From NCBI GenBank assembly GCA_943357245.1, contig CALRGH010000003.1, forward strand, positions 1-43,975: a DNA stretch of 43,975 nucleotides, given 5' to 3'. This stretch comes from Candidatus Nomurabacteria bacterium (GTDB lineage Bacteria; Patescibacteriota; Minisyncoccia; Phycocordibacterales; UBA9973). The translations under genes and the position numbers were made by a program. Numbering within the stretch: position 1 is the first letter of the stretch; each line of letters begins with the position of its first letter. The notes beneath the pieces were generated by a model. The model did no database searches. It was not told the origin of the DNA and saw only the letters and a program-made list of their open reading frames with translations. This document shows positions 19,650-28,850 of this stretch, in pieces.

Positions 19650-20516
19650 ATGAAAAAAATTTTTGTAACAATTATTTTAGTCAGCACTTTTTTATCTACC
19701 CATATTGCTTTTGGAGCGGGTTCTATTTCGTTTATCGAACAACCGCTTTGGTTTTCAAGTGACACTTTTACGGAAGGGCAGACCGTTTCTATTTATACAG
19801 CACTTTTTAATCAAGAACCGAGTCATCTTACGGGGACTATTTCTTTTTATGATAGGTCTGTATTGTTGGGTGAAAAACAATTCACCATCAAACCTCGTAC
19901 CGTAGAAACTCTTTCGTTTGATTGGAAAGTAATTCCAGGGGAACATGTTATTTCTATCACTGTTGCAAAACTCTCTCGAATTAATGCGCAGGGAGTAAAA
20001 GAGTCAATTAGCAGTACCCCTATCACTATTGAAAGTAAGAAAATAACAGTTGGAAACACACCGACACAAACAGAGGTACAAGAAACACTTCCAACCACAG
20101 CAACAGAAGTACTTAATCAGGTAGACAATGCTCAAGAGAAAGCTGCCTCATTCATCCCCGCGCCTATTAGAAAAGTTGCTGAGGCTGTTTTTTCTGGTAT
20201 AGAAAAATTTAGAAGTGATACTGCGCTTGCGGTGAGTACAAATCGCAATACATTAAAATCTCAAATAATTGATCAAGAAATAAAAGAAGCTGCAGATAGT
20301 ACAGGAGATAATGCTATTGCTAAATATGAAGGCAATGTCGGTCAACACACCGTAGATGCAAAATCTGCGTTTTCAAAACCATTTGAACAGGTACGATTAT
20401 TTTTTCTCAATCTTGGGACAATGTTTTTCTCAAATAAATTTTTGTTTTATGGCATAAGCGCACTCTTTATCTATATGGGTATTCGAGCAATTGTCTTGTT
20501 TATTCGTTCAAGATAA
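19650..20516 (+). CDS. Secreted CARDB/Ig-like protein with C-terminal TM helix
   Basis: Signal peptide, EGQTVSIY..N..W...PGEH.I pattern, C-terminal hydrophobic segment. Confidence 0.65.
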   Translation: MKKIFVTIILVSTFLSTHIAFGAGSISFIEQPLWFSSDTFTEGQTVSIYTALFNQEPSHLTGTISFYDRSVLLGEKQFTIKPRTVETLSFDWKVIPGEHVISITVAKLSRINAQGVKESISSTPITIESKKITVGNTPTQTEVQETLPTTATEVLNQVDNAQEKAASFIPAPIRKVAEAVFSGIEKFRSDTALAVSTNRNTLKSQIIDQEIKEAADSTGDNAIAKYEGNVGQHTVDAKSAFSKPFEQVRLFFLNLGTMFFSNKFLFYGISALFIYMGIRAIVLFIRSR

Positions 20517-20517
20517 A

Positions 20518-20821
20518 CCTCCACACCAAACAACCTTAAGAATTATGTTCTCGCTGTATATTTTAAAAAGTTTAAAAGACGATAATTTGTACATTGGATC
20601 AACGAACGATTTGAAACGTAGATTGGGAGAACATAATTCAGGAAAAGTGGAATCAACTAGATTTAGGAGACCACTTAAACTCGTATACGCAGAAGCCTAT
20701 TCCGTTGAGGATGAGGCGAGGAAACGTGAACATAATCTTAAGTTGCGTGCAAAAGTGTGGAAACAACTTTCTCTTAGAATAAAGAAATCTCTCGCCTCAT
20801 AAGGTTGTTATGGTGTGGAGG
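20518..20821 (+). mobile_element. Putative GIY-YIG mini-element with terminal inverted repeats and TAAA target-site duplication
   Basis: Left end CCTCCACACCAAACAACCTTA, right end TAAGGTTGTTATGGTGTGGAGG (inverted, one indel); TAAA directly flanks both ends. Confidence 0.7.
20545..20802 (+). CDS. Small GIY-YIG nuclease (85 aa)
   Basis: LYILKS..LYIGSTNDLKRRL.EHN.G...ST..RRPLKLVYAEAY..A..RE..LK. Confidence 0.9.
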   Translation: MFSLYILKSLKDDNLYIGSTNDLKRRLGEHNSGKVESTRFRRPLKLVYAEAYSVEDEARKREHNLKLRAKVWKQLSLRIKKSLAS

Positions 20822-20862
20822 TAAACTTTTTCAATTCTTTATAAAAACTGTATAATGCGTTA

Positions 20863-21126
20863 ATGGTATTACGAATCATCGCCACCATTTGTGTAATCGG
20901 CGCATTACTTCTTGCGCCTTATTGGTTATTTATTGCGCTACTTATACTCGCTTGCCTGCTTCTACCCCTGTATATCGAAGGAGCTATTATCGCACTTGTA
21001 CACGATGCTTTTTTTAGTGCAACAGACGGACAACTGTTTGGTTTCAGATCTCTTACCTTTTTAATTGCCGTCGTGAGTATTACGGTTGTGTATATAGTAC
21101 GTAGAACAGTGCGAAAACGAACATAA
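20863..21126 (+). CDS. Small membrane protein, possibly a reduced MreD
   Basis: Entirely hydrophobic 87 aa; stop overlaps the mrdA start (TAATG). Confidence 0.55.
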   Translation: MVLRIIATICVIGALLLAPYWLFIALLILACLLLPLYIEGAIIALVHDAFFSATDGQLFGFRSLTFLIAVVSITVVYIVRRTVRKRT

Positions 21127-22853
21127 TGATACGATTCAGAAAAAAAAGGAGAATAAGAACAGATTTCGTTGAGCCTGACGAAATTTTTATTGATGCAAAA
21201 AATTTACCTGAATTTGACACACATCAATTTGAGGGTCGCATAGGACAATCGATTAGCAAAAAGACAATCATCACGCTCGGTATTATTTTTTTGATATTAG
21301 GAAGTGTTGGTGTTGGCAAATTAACGCTTTTGCAATTGGTACACGGACAAACCTATTTTGAAAAAAGTGAAAAGAATAGTCTTGATCAGAAACCAATTTT
21401 TGCAAATCGAGGCGTCTTTTATGATCGCAATGGATTGCAATTAGTAAAAAATGTATTTCCAGAAACACGGGCACTTTCGGTAGATGAGGGCATTCGTGCA
21501 TCAACAATGGAAGATGTGCCTAAACGTGATTACTATGATGCACCAGGATTTGCGCACGTGCTTGGCTATGTGAGTTATCCAAAACAGGACAACAATGGTG
21601 CGTATTGGCAAACAGAAGTAATTGGTAAAAGCGGTGCAGAGAAAGAATTTAATGACATGCTTGCAGGGAAAAACGGGAAGACACTTTTTGAACGTGATGC
21701 ACACGGTAACAGTATTTCAGAAAATCAGATTGATGCACCAGAAGATGGTAAAAATATTACCCTTTCTATCGATGCGCAACTGCAGGCAAAACTTTTTAGT
21801 GAGATGCAGTTATTTGCGGAAGCACATGATTTCTCTGGAGGTACAGGTATTATTATGAATGTAGAAAATGGGGAATTACTCGCACTGACAAATTATCCAG
21901 AATTTGATTCCGAAATCGTGTCTCTTGGGCATGATGCAACAAAAATAAAAGAATATCTGACTGATACTAGAACTCCATTTTTAAATCGTGCAATTGCAGG
22001 GCTCTACACACCAGGATCTATTGTGAAGCCATTTGTTGCTATGGGAGTGCTCGAAGAAAATATTATTGATCCGTACAGACAAATTCTCTCAACAGGACAG
22101 ATAGAAATTCCTAATCCGTACGATCCCGAATTGAAAACCATTTTCAAAGATAACAAAGCGCACGGACTTGTTGATTTGCGTCATGCTATTGCGGTGTCTT
22201 CAAACGTATATTTTTATGAAGTCGGAGGTGGCTATAAAGGGCAACAAGGACTCGGTATTGATCGGATTAATAAATATCTGACCCTTTTTGGGTTAGGTGA
22301 AAAAACAGGTACAGACATTGAAGGTGAAGCAGATGGTGTCATTCCAAATCCCGAGTGGAAAGCAAAACGATTTAATGGTGACATATGGCGTATTGGTGAT
22401 ACGTATAACACCGCAATTGGTCAGTATGGAGTGACGGTGACACCGCTTTCTATGGTGCGTGCAGTCGGAGCAATTGCAAATAACGGCACATTACTTACGC
22501 CAGTGATTCAAAAGGAGACAAAAGGAAAAGTTGAAACATTACCGTTTGAGTCTGAGAATTTCAACATAATCCACGAAGCAATGCGTTTGTGTGTGACTGA
22601 CGGCACGGGACAAACATTGAATACTCGTGATGTCGAGGTCGCAGTAAAAACAGGAACCGCGCAAGTTGGTATTTCAAAAAATTTACTTAACTCTTGGAGT
22701 ATGGGATTTTTCCCGTATGAAAATCCGAAGTACGCATTTATTATCATGATGGAACGTGGACCAAAAGAAAATCAGACGGGTTCATCTATTGTGATGCGTC
22801 ATGTGCTTGATTGGATGGCAGTGGAGGCGCCGGAATATTTAAAGAGCGAGTAA
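21126..22853 (+). CDS. mrdA: Penicillin-binding protein 2 (class B transpeptidase)
   Basis: TM helix, RG.FYDRNG, PGSIVKP (SxxK), SSN, KTGT. Confidence 0.9.
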   Translation: MIRFRKKRRIRTDFVEPDEIFIDAKNLPEFDTHQFEGRIGQSISKKTIITLGIIFLILGSVGVGKLTLLQLVHGQTYFEKSEKNSLDQKPIFANRGVFYDRNGLQLVKNVFPETRALSVDEGIRASTMEDVPKRDYYDAPGFAHVLGYVSYPKQDNNGAYWQTEVIGKSGAEKEFNDMLAGKNGKTLFERDAHGNSISENQIDAPEDGKNITLSIDAQLQAKLFSEMQLFAEAHDFSGGTGIIMNVENGELLALTNYPEFDSEIVSLGHDATKIKEYLTDTRTPFLNRAIAGLYTPGSIVKPFVAMGVLEENIIDPYRQILSTGQIEIPNPYDPELKTIFKDNKAHGLVDLRHAIAVSSNVYFYEVGGGYKGQQGLGIDRINKYLTLFGLGEKTGTDIEGEADGVIPNPEWKAKRFNGDIWRIGDTYNTAIGQYGVTVTPLSMVRAVGAIANNGTLLTPVIQKETKGKVETLPFESENFNIIHEAMRLCVTDGTGQTLNTRDVEVAVKTGTAQVGISKNLLNSWSMGFFPYENPKYAFIIMMERGPKENQTGSSIVMRHVLDWMAVEAPEYLKSE

Positions 22854-22930
22854 GTAGATAGTAGTAAATAGTAAATAGGTTCGAACAGAAAACTGTCTCA
22901 GTGTGTCATCCCGGCGGAGGCCGGGAACCA
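22849..22930 (+). repeat. Composite repeat: heptamer array plus GTCATCCC-type REP palindrome
   Basis: 39 nt block matching 25028-25066 with one mismatch, then GTCATCCCGGCGGAGGCCGGGAACCA. Confidence 0.75.
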
Positions 22931-22978
22931 GGCTGTTTTTGTTTGATTTTTATTATCTTTTTTGCTAAAGTACGATTA

Positions 22979-23446
22979 ATGCAAACGACATCAGAATTTA
23001 TATCAAGTGAGCGCCGTATTGAACTTGAAAAAGAGCTCAAAGAACTCCAAACAGTACAACGAAAATCAGTTATCGAAAAACTCGAATTCGCTAAGTCACT
23101 TGGCGACCTTTCAGAAAATGCGGAATATCACAGCGCGCGCGAAGAGCAGGCGCGTCTTGAAGAGCGCATCGCAAAAATAGAATATGTTTTAAAAACATCA
23201 AAAGTGATGGAACGACATTCAAGTTCCACTGTCGAAATCGGTTCGACAATAGTGATTAAAAAAGAAGGTTCGAGTGATCCCCTGAAAGTGTCTGTCGTTG
23301 GGACAGAAGAAACAGACATGCTAAAGGGTTACATCTCGCACCGATCTCCACTCGGTGCGGCTCTTTTAGGAAAGAACAAAGGCGATACAGTGAAAGTAAA
23401 TACACCAAAAGGAGCGATAGGGTATACGATAATTAGCATAGAGTAG
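22979..23446 (+). CDS. greA: Transcription elongation factor GreA
   Basis: GDLSENAEY, IS..SPLG.ALLG; start set at MQTTSEF. Confidence 0.95.
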   Translation: MQTTSEFISSERRIELEKELKELQTVQRKSVIEKLEFAKSLGDLSENAEYHSAREEQARLEERIAKIEYVLKTSKVMERHSSSTVEIGSTIVIKKEGSSDPLKVSVVGTEETDMLKGYISHRSPLGAALLGKNKGDTVKVNTPKGAIGYTIISIE

Positions 23447-23458
23447 GGTTTAGAAAAC

Positions 23459-23518
23459 ACAAAAGTGAGGCAAACTTTGTTTGCCTCACTTTTGTCATTC
23501 CGGACAAGCTTGTCGCCG
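23459..23518. repeat. 17 bp perfect hairpin plus partial GTCATTCCGG REP (may also act as a terminator)
   Basis: ACAAAAGTGAGGCAAAC-TTT-GTTTGCCTCACTTTTGT running into GTCATTCCGG. Confidence 0.65.
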
Positions 23519-23550
23519 TTCACTCTTCACTGTATACTTATCACTATTAT

Positions 23551-25032
23551 ATGGCCTCATTAGAAGAAATGCGCGCAGAGCGCTTGAAGAAATTAGCATT
23601 ATTAAAAACCGCTGGCATGGATGCATATCCTGCATCTATTTCGCGCGATATGAGCATTGCGGATGCAATTGCGCAGTTTGATACACTAGTTGATACTGAC
23701 AAGCAAATCTCGCTCGCAGGACGCGTGATGTCTATTCGCGGGCAAGGTGCGATTTTATTTGCAAACCTTTTTGATGGCACCGGCACTTTCCAGCTCTTTT
23801 TGAAAAAAGATGGCATGCCAGAAGATATCTTCGCCCTTTTTGTAAATACGGTAGACATGGGCGATTTTATTTCTGCCACAGGAACCTTCATCACGAGTAA
23901 AACTGGAGAGAAAACACTTCTTGTTTCCGGTTGGTCCATGGCATCAAAATCACTCCTTCCATTACCAGAAAAGTGGGCAGGACTTTCAGATGAAGATGAA
24001 CGGCTTCGCAAACGATACTTGGATGCTATTGGCAATCCAGAACTCTTTGCACGATTCCACAGTAGAGCAAACATCATCAAATATATCCGTGCATTTTTTG
24101 ATGCAAAAGGGTTTATGGAAATTGAAACACCTATTCTCCAAAATCAAGCTGGTGGTGCGATGGCAAAGACATTCAATACCCATCACAATGATTACGATAT
24201 GGACATGGTACTCCGCATCGCAATGGAGCTTGAGCACAAGATGATGATGGTTGCGGGCTATAATCGCATTTATGAAATCGGCAAAAATTTCCGCAATGAA
24301 GGCTCTGATCCAACACACATCCAAGAATTTACGATGATGGAATGGTATGCCGCGTATGAGACACTTGAGACGAATATAAAGTGGACCGAAGAATTACTCA
24401 AAGGACTCGCAAAAGACGTCATAGGGAAAATGTCTTTTATGATTGCAGGGGAAGATGGCGAAAAAGTCGAAGTGAATTTCGATGGCGTGTGGCCACGCGT
24501 TCGATTTGGTGATTTGCTCAAAGAAAATGCAAATCTTGATATGCAATCTGCAAGTGTGGATGATATCAAAGAATCAGCAAAAAAGTGGGGTATGGATGCC
24601 AAAGAAATCGCAACGACAGGTCGTGCGAATTTGCTCGACTTTATTTATAAAAAATCTTCTCGCAACAAAATAGTCCAACCGACATTTGTCATGGATTATC
24701 CCGGAGAATTAAAACCGCTCGCACAGCAAAATTCGGATGGTACTGCCTGCGTCGCACAGCTCATAATCTGCGGCGCAGAAATCACAAACCAATACGCAGA
24801 GCTTGTAAATCCAATTGTCGAACGCGAACTCTTCGAATCCCAAGCAAAAGCAAAAGCAGATGGAGACGCAGAAGCTATGGGTATGGATGAACGATTCCTT
24901 ACAGCAATGGAGCACGGTATGCCGCCAATGACTGGTTTTGGTCTTGGTATTGATCGTCTCGTTGCACTTCTTACCGAACAAGACAATCTCCGCGAAGTGA
25001 TTTTCTTCCCGATAATGAGACCAAAACAGTAA
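23551..25032 (+). CDS. lysS: Lysine--tRNA ligase (class II)
   Basis: OB-fold AGRVMSIR, EIETPIL..GGAMA, EIGKNFRNEG, GMPPMTGFGLGIDRL. Confidence 0.96.
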   Translation: MASLEEMRAERLKKLALLKTAGMDAYPASISRDMSIADAIAQFDTLVDTDKQISLAGRVMSIRGQGAILFANLFDGTGTFQLFLKKDGMPEDIFALFVNTVDMGDFISATGTFITSKTGEKTLLVSGWSMASKSLLPLPEKWAGLSDEDERLRKRYLDAIGNPELFARFHSRANIIKYIRAFFDAKGFMEIETPILQNQAGGAMAKTFNTHHNDYDMDMVLRIAMELEHKMMMVAGYNRIYEIGKNFRNEGSDPTHIQEFTMMEWYAAYETLETNIKWTEELLKGLAKDVIGKMSFMIAGEDGEKVEVNFDGVWPRVRFGDLLKENANLDMQSASVDDIKESAKKWGMDAKEIATTGRANLLDFIYKKSSRNKIVQPTFVMDYPGELKPLAQQNSDGTACVAQLIICGAEITNQYAELVNPIVERELFESQAKAKADGDAEAMGMDERFLTAMEHGMPPMTGFGLGIDRLVALLTEQDNLREVIFFPIMRPKQ

Positions 25033-25208
25033 GTAGATAGTAGTAAATAGTAAATAGATTCGAACAAAGCACAGAGCGGGAGAAAGCGAAGCTTTCTCCC
25101 GCTCTGTGTCATTCCGGACGCAGCGATAGCGGAGATCCGGAATCCATCGCGAATGAGCGAAGCAATGGATCCCCGGTTCTATCTGCGACAGATAGCCCGA
25201 GGATGACA
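25028..25208 (+). repeat. Composite repeat: heptamer array, 18 bp perfect hairpin, inverted REP pair (REPIN-like)
   Basis: CACAGAGCGGGAGAAAGC-GAA-GCTTTCTCCCGCTCTGTG, then TGTCATTCCGG..CCGGAATCCA and inverted TGGATCCCCGG..CCGAGGATGACA. Confidence 0.8.
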
Positions 25209-25219
25209 GAAAACAAATT

Positions 25220-25251
25220 AAAAAAGCCGAATCAGAGACGATTCGGCTTTT
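25220..25251. terminator. Bidirectional intrinsic terminator
   Basis: AAAAGCCGAATC-N6-GATTCGGCTTTT between convergent genes. Confidence 0.8.
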
Positions 25252-25259
25252 AGTTTTAA

Positions 25260-25568
25260 TTAGTCTGCAATTTCAAATTCTTGGTTTGTAGCAAAATAGA
25301 AAGTAGGATGAAGTCCTTCTTCGAACTTCTTATTTGGATGAAATTCATAACGAGGAAGCCTTTCTCCTGTATTAAAAATAACATCCACAGTATCAAATCC
25401 AAAATTAGATACTGACCCATGTTGAAGTTTCATTTTTACAGTCTCGCCATTTCTAGGCATTTCTAAGAAATGAAGAGTTGGTCCATTTTCATTACCAATC
25501 CCAACAGGACACATAGTTGTTTTCGCACAGAGTGCAATAGTATCAATTTTTATTTTTATTTGTGGCAT
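25260..25568 (-). CDS. Hypothetical protein (about 102 aa)
   Basis: ORF with its own minus-strand TTGACA-N16-TATAGT promoter, which overlaps the upstream ATG and so favours the start at 25568. Confidence 0.55.
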   Translation of the reverse strand: MPQIKIKIDTIALCAKTTMCPVGIGNENGPTLHFLEMPRNGETVKMKLQHGSVSNFGFDTVDVIFNTGERLPRYEFHPNKKFEEGLHPTFYFATNQEFEIAD

Positions 25569-25701
25569 AACAAATGTTTTCTTCACTATACTCATTCTTT
25601 TGTACCTGTCAAATATTTTAGAACCTAACAACTAGAAACTAGAACCTTGCTCTGCTATACTTGTCTTGTCTCTACTTACTACTAACTATTTACTACTTAC
25701 T

Positions 25702-26112
25702 ATGTTGTTACAAATCATCATCGCTGTTATTGTCTCTATGATCCTTGGTTTTATTTGGTACGGACCGCTTTTTGGAAAAGTGTGGGGTAAAATTGTGGGA
25801 GTTGATATGGAGACTGCGAAAAATGATCCAGAAGTGAAAAAGCGTATGCCGTTAATGGCTGCAACTAATATGGCGCTTTCACTTGTTACTATTTTTATGC
25901 TCGCGGTTATTTTCAAACGACTTGACGTTACTGATGTGACAACAGGTGTTCGTGTCGCATTTTTTCTCTTCGTTGGTTTTATTTTTCCTCTCATAGGTAC
26001 GTTTGCTCTTTGGAGTAGTAAATCGCGCCGTCTCGCATGGGAAATGTTTTTCGTGATGATGGGCTATCAGCTTATTATGTTTGTATTTTACGGGATTATT
26101 CTTTCGTTTTAA
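25702..26112 (+). CDS. DUF1761 family membrane protein
   Basis: LGFIWYGPLFGK.W motif and four TM segments. Confidence 0.8.
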   Translation: MLLQIIIAVIVSMILGFIWYGPLFGKVWGKIVGVDMETAKNDPEVKKRMPLMAATNMALSLVTIFMLAVIFKRLDVTDVTTGVRVAFFLFVGFIFPLIGTFALWSSKSRRLAWEMFFVMMGYQLIMFVFYGIILSF

Positions 26113-26167
26113 GGAAACAAAAGAAAGGGTATAGGATTTAGCGTCTAGGGTATAGAAACAATCTACC

Positions 26168-26299
26168 GCGGAAGGATTCTAAAGCCTTGCGCAGTGCGGC
26201 GGCACGAGCAGAGCAATTTTTCAGCAGAAAAATATGCGTGCTTTAAAATCCTTTCGCAAAAACCTTTTTTTGGTTACTTTTTCGCGGAGAAAAAGTGAC
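26168..26299. repeat. MITE-like imperfect palindromic element
   Basis: GCGGAAGGATTCTAAAGC pairs with GCTTTAAAATCCTTTCGC (16/18); inner ATTTTTC/GAAAAAT; trailing GTTACTTTTTC/GAAAAAGTGAC hairpin. Confidence 0.55.
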
Positions 26300-26387
26300 A
26301 AGACTACTTTTTTTGACAAAAAGTCATTTTTGACTCCGAATTATAGAAGCGTTTCCACCGCCAGTGCTACAGTGCTATACTCTCGAC

Positions 26388-27509
26388 ATGAAAACGATTA
26401 TCAAGAAAATAGGTGTGAGCGCTTGCGTAGCACTTGTTGCGGTATTAACCGCATCTCATTTAGTAGTAGCGGAGACAGGTAGTGTAAAAGTTGATACAAA
26501 AGCAGTAGTCGCTGTCCCTACACTTACTAGCGTCGTATCAAACGATGATATTCCTGCAGATTTTAATGGACTTACCTTTCGTTCAAGTGCATTCCACGCG
26601 AAAGCAGTAACTCTTTTTGCTGCATCACTTGCAGCTGAAGTTGCTGGCAAAACAGACGATGCAGAATACTGTGAAGCCGTAGACCGTGCCTTTATGCGCC
26701 AAGCGCCACTTGTCCGTGCATCATTTGCTTGGGATGCAGAAAGTTATAAAGATTCATTTTCCGCTATAGATAAAACTGTCGCTGAAAAACAATATGGCGC
26801 TGATGGGGTAAATGGCTATGTTGCTATTGGGACCGAAGTTGCAGGACTTACTGCAAAAGAAGGTGCACTTGTTGCAATCCAAGCATCTCGCGCAAAAGCA
26901 ATTATGCGTTCAAGCATGCTCGCATTATTACTCGATGGAAAAGCAAATGAGACAACGATTGCAAATTTGAAGTCACTCTATAGTGCAGGAGAACGCTGTG
27001 TAGCTTTTTTCTCAAATGATACAAAAACAACAGAGGTACTTGCAAAAACACACAAAATTGTCCTTGAAGAATCAGTTACTGTTACTGTAGATGAGACAGT
27101 GAGTGTTAGTGCTAAAGATTTGACCGGCGAAGCACGCACTGTTCCAAAAGTAACGTCTGTTGGTACACGTACAGAGCTCCGTGAGTACTCGCTTGCAGTT
27201 CTTGCAAACAATCCTGAAATTCGGAGTATTACTGCCACAAAAGATGTAGTAACGGTAAAATTTGTTGAACGAGGCCGATTCCTTGGATTTATTCCAACGT
27301 GGATTACTCGTAAAGTGACCGTTACACCAACCGATATAAAATTTGCAGGTGCTGCACTTTCCAAAAAATCAGGTAATTATGTACAAGCTGATTTGAAGAC
27401 TGCAATTGATGCTGTTGTAAAATCAGGAGATACATCATTCTCAAATACAACACAAGCAATGATTATCGGTACGGTTGTCGGCTACATCGAAACACCAGTT
27501 ACTAAATAA
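26388..27509 (+). CDS. Secreted hypothetical protein
   Basis: Signal-peptide-like N-terminus; TATACT 6 nt before ATG; downstream terminator. Confidence 0.75.
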   Translation: MKTIIKKIGVSACVALVAVLTASHLVVAETGSVKVDTKAVVAVPTLTSVVSNDDIPADFNGLTFRSSAFHAKAVTLFAASLAAEVAGKTDDAEYCEAVDRAFMRQAPLVRASFAWDAESYKDSFSAIDKTVAEKQYGADGVNGYVAIGTEVAGLTAKEGALVAIQASRAKAIMRSSMLALLLDGKANETTIANLKSLYSAGERCVAFFSNDTKTTEVLAKTHKIVLEESVTVTVDETVSVSAKDLTGEARTVPKVTSVGTRTELREYSLAVLANNPEIRSITATKDVVTVKFVERGRFLGFIPTWITRKVTVTPTDIKFAGAALSKKSGNYVQADLKTAIDAVVKSGDTSFSNTTQAMIIGTVVGYIETPVTK

Positions 27510-27529
27510 ATCCTCATTTCGAAATAGAA

Positions 27530-27570
27530 ATAAAATCCGACACTCGTCAAGAGTGTCGGATTTTATATTT
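27530..27570 (+). terminator. Intrinsic terminator
   Basis: ATAAAATCCGACACTC-N5-GAGTGTCGGATTTTAT. Confidence 0.8.
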
Positions 27571-27633
27571 TGTATTAGAATACTCAGTCGACACTCTTTT
27601 AATTAAAAAACAAATAAAACCCCATAAATAAGT

Positions 27634-28779
27634 ATGACAAAGACAAAAAATTTACTCATCAAAAAAAATGAAAATCACAGTAAAGGATTTTCAAGTGCCA
27701 CTGCACGATACGCGCGCAAATTTTTTAAATCAGAATACGGTGTGCGTATTTCTTTTGACGGCTGTATGGATGGCCGTGTGTATTTTTCAACAATAACTGG
27801 TATACAAGCTGGATATATTGATGAAACATTTAAAGTTGCCGGTACAAAATTTGAACTTGGTCATCCGTATTTTGGGCAGATCAAAGAACAATGGTGCCGT
27901 GGGAATATTTCGCAAGGATTTCGGTCATTGCAAATCATTTCGTACCATTTTTCTGCATCAGACAAACATCTTGGTTGCAAAGGACATGGGTATGACACTG
28001 AAAAAGCGCGACAGTGGACATGTAATCTTGCAGAACAGTATCGTATTATGCACGACACTGAAGGTCAAAGATTTTTGCCGATTGTTGTTGGAATTGAAAC
28101 AGATTCCTGTTCACTTGTTATTCATGGAAAAGATCCAAGTCAGACATTTGAAGTGCTGAAGTATCAAGATGCATCAGCGGAAGACATCAAAGAACAATTA
28201 TTTGATTTATTTCCAGGAGCTGCGGATCAGTTACTCTCTGTTGTTGTTGAATTTATTTTAGGTAATCAAAAATACATTCACACACATTCACAAGCAGTGA
28301 TTAAAAAATTAGTTACTGCTGATCATGCTGAACGGGTACTTGCGCTCGGTCGTGGTATTGAATGGGTTTTTCAAACAACTGATGAACAGGCTGATGCTCC
28401 ACTCAATAATTTTGCGCTTTGGGTGTGTCCGTTTACTGATGATTACAAAGTGCATATCGATGTAGCATTTGATGTATTAGCGGGAAATATTGAAAAAGGG
28501 AATATTGATCCCGAAGATGGTATCGTATTTCTTTCATCAGGTATGTATGGCGCCAAAGAATGGGATCCTAGCAAAGAACACGCATTGTTTAAAGCAGATT
28601 TTTTTGAACGAGTTATAAAAGATCGTTTTAAAGAATCAAAATCTTTTGAGAAATTACTTCCATATGTAACTTTCTTACAAGTGGTGATTAATCGTCAAAC
28701 TCGTGAGATGGAAATTATCAAAGAAGAAATTGCAAAAGAAGTAATGGTCGCAAAGGAGCAATTAGTTGAAGCTAATTAA
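27634..28779 (+). CDS. CsoSCA-like (beta-class) carbonic anhydrase
   Basis: CMDGR and HFS..D.HLGCKGH zinc-ligand motifs with the spacing seen in carboxysome shell carbonic anhydrase. Confidence 0.65.
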   Translation: MTKTKNLLIKKNENHSKGFSSATARYARKFFKSEYGVRISFDGCMDGRVYFSTITGIQAGYIDETFKVAGTKFELGHPYFGQIKEQWCRGNISQGFRSLQIISYHFSASDKHLGCKGHGYDTEKARQWTCNLAEQYRIMHDTEGQRFLPIVVGIETDSCSLVIHGKDPSQTFEVLKYQDASAEDIKEQLFDLFPGAADQLLSVVVEFILGNQKYIHTHSQAVIKKLVTADHAERVLALGRGIEWVFQTTDEQADAPLNNFALWVCPFTDDYKVHIDVAFDVLAGNIEKGNIDPEDGIVFLSSGMYGAKEWDPSKEHALFKADFFERVIKDRFKESKSFEKLLPYVTFLQVVINRQTREMEIIKEEIAKEVMVAKEQLVEAN

Positions 28780-28792
28780 AGACTATCCAAGT

Positions 28793-28828
28793 AAACCCCA
28801 CCGTATACGGTGGGGTTTTTGTTTTTTT
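28793..28828 (+). terminator. Intrinsic terminator
   Basis: Perfect palindrome AAACCCCACCGTATACGGTGGGGTTT followed by T-runs. Confidence 0.8.
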
Positions 28829-28850
28829 GAGATAGCGTATAATCAAATAT

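Noticed and set aside
22851-25066. Repeated 39 nt blocks as CRISPR repeats
   Set aside because: Only two copies, about 2.2 kb apart, flanking housekeeping genes and built from heptamers
28793-28818. Third copy of the CCCCCACACCA element
   Set aside because: Arms differ (CCCCACCG), no duplicated flank, and it is followed by a T-tract, so it is better explained as a terminator
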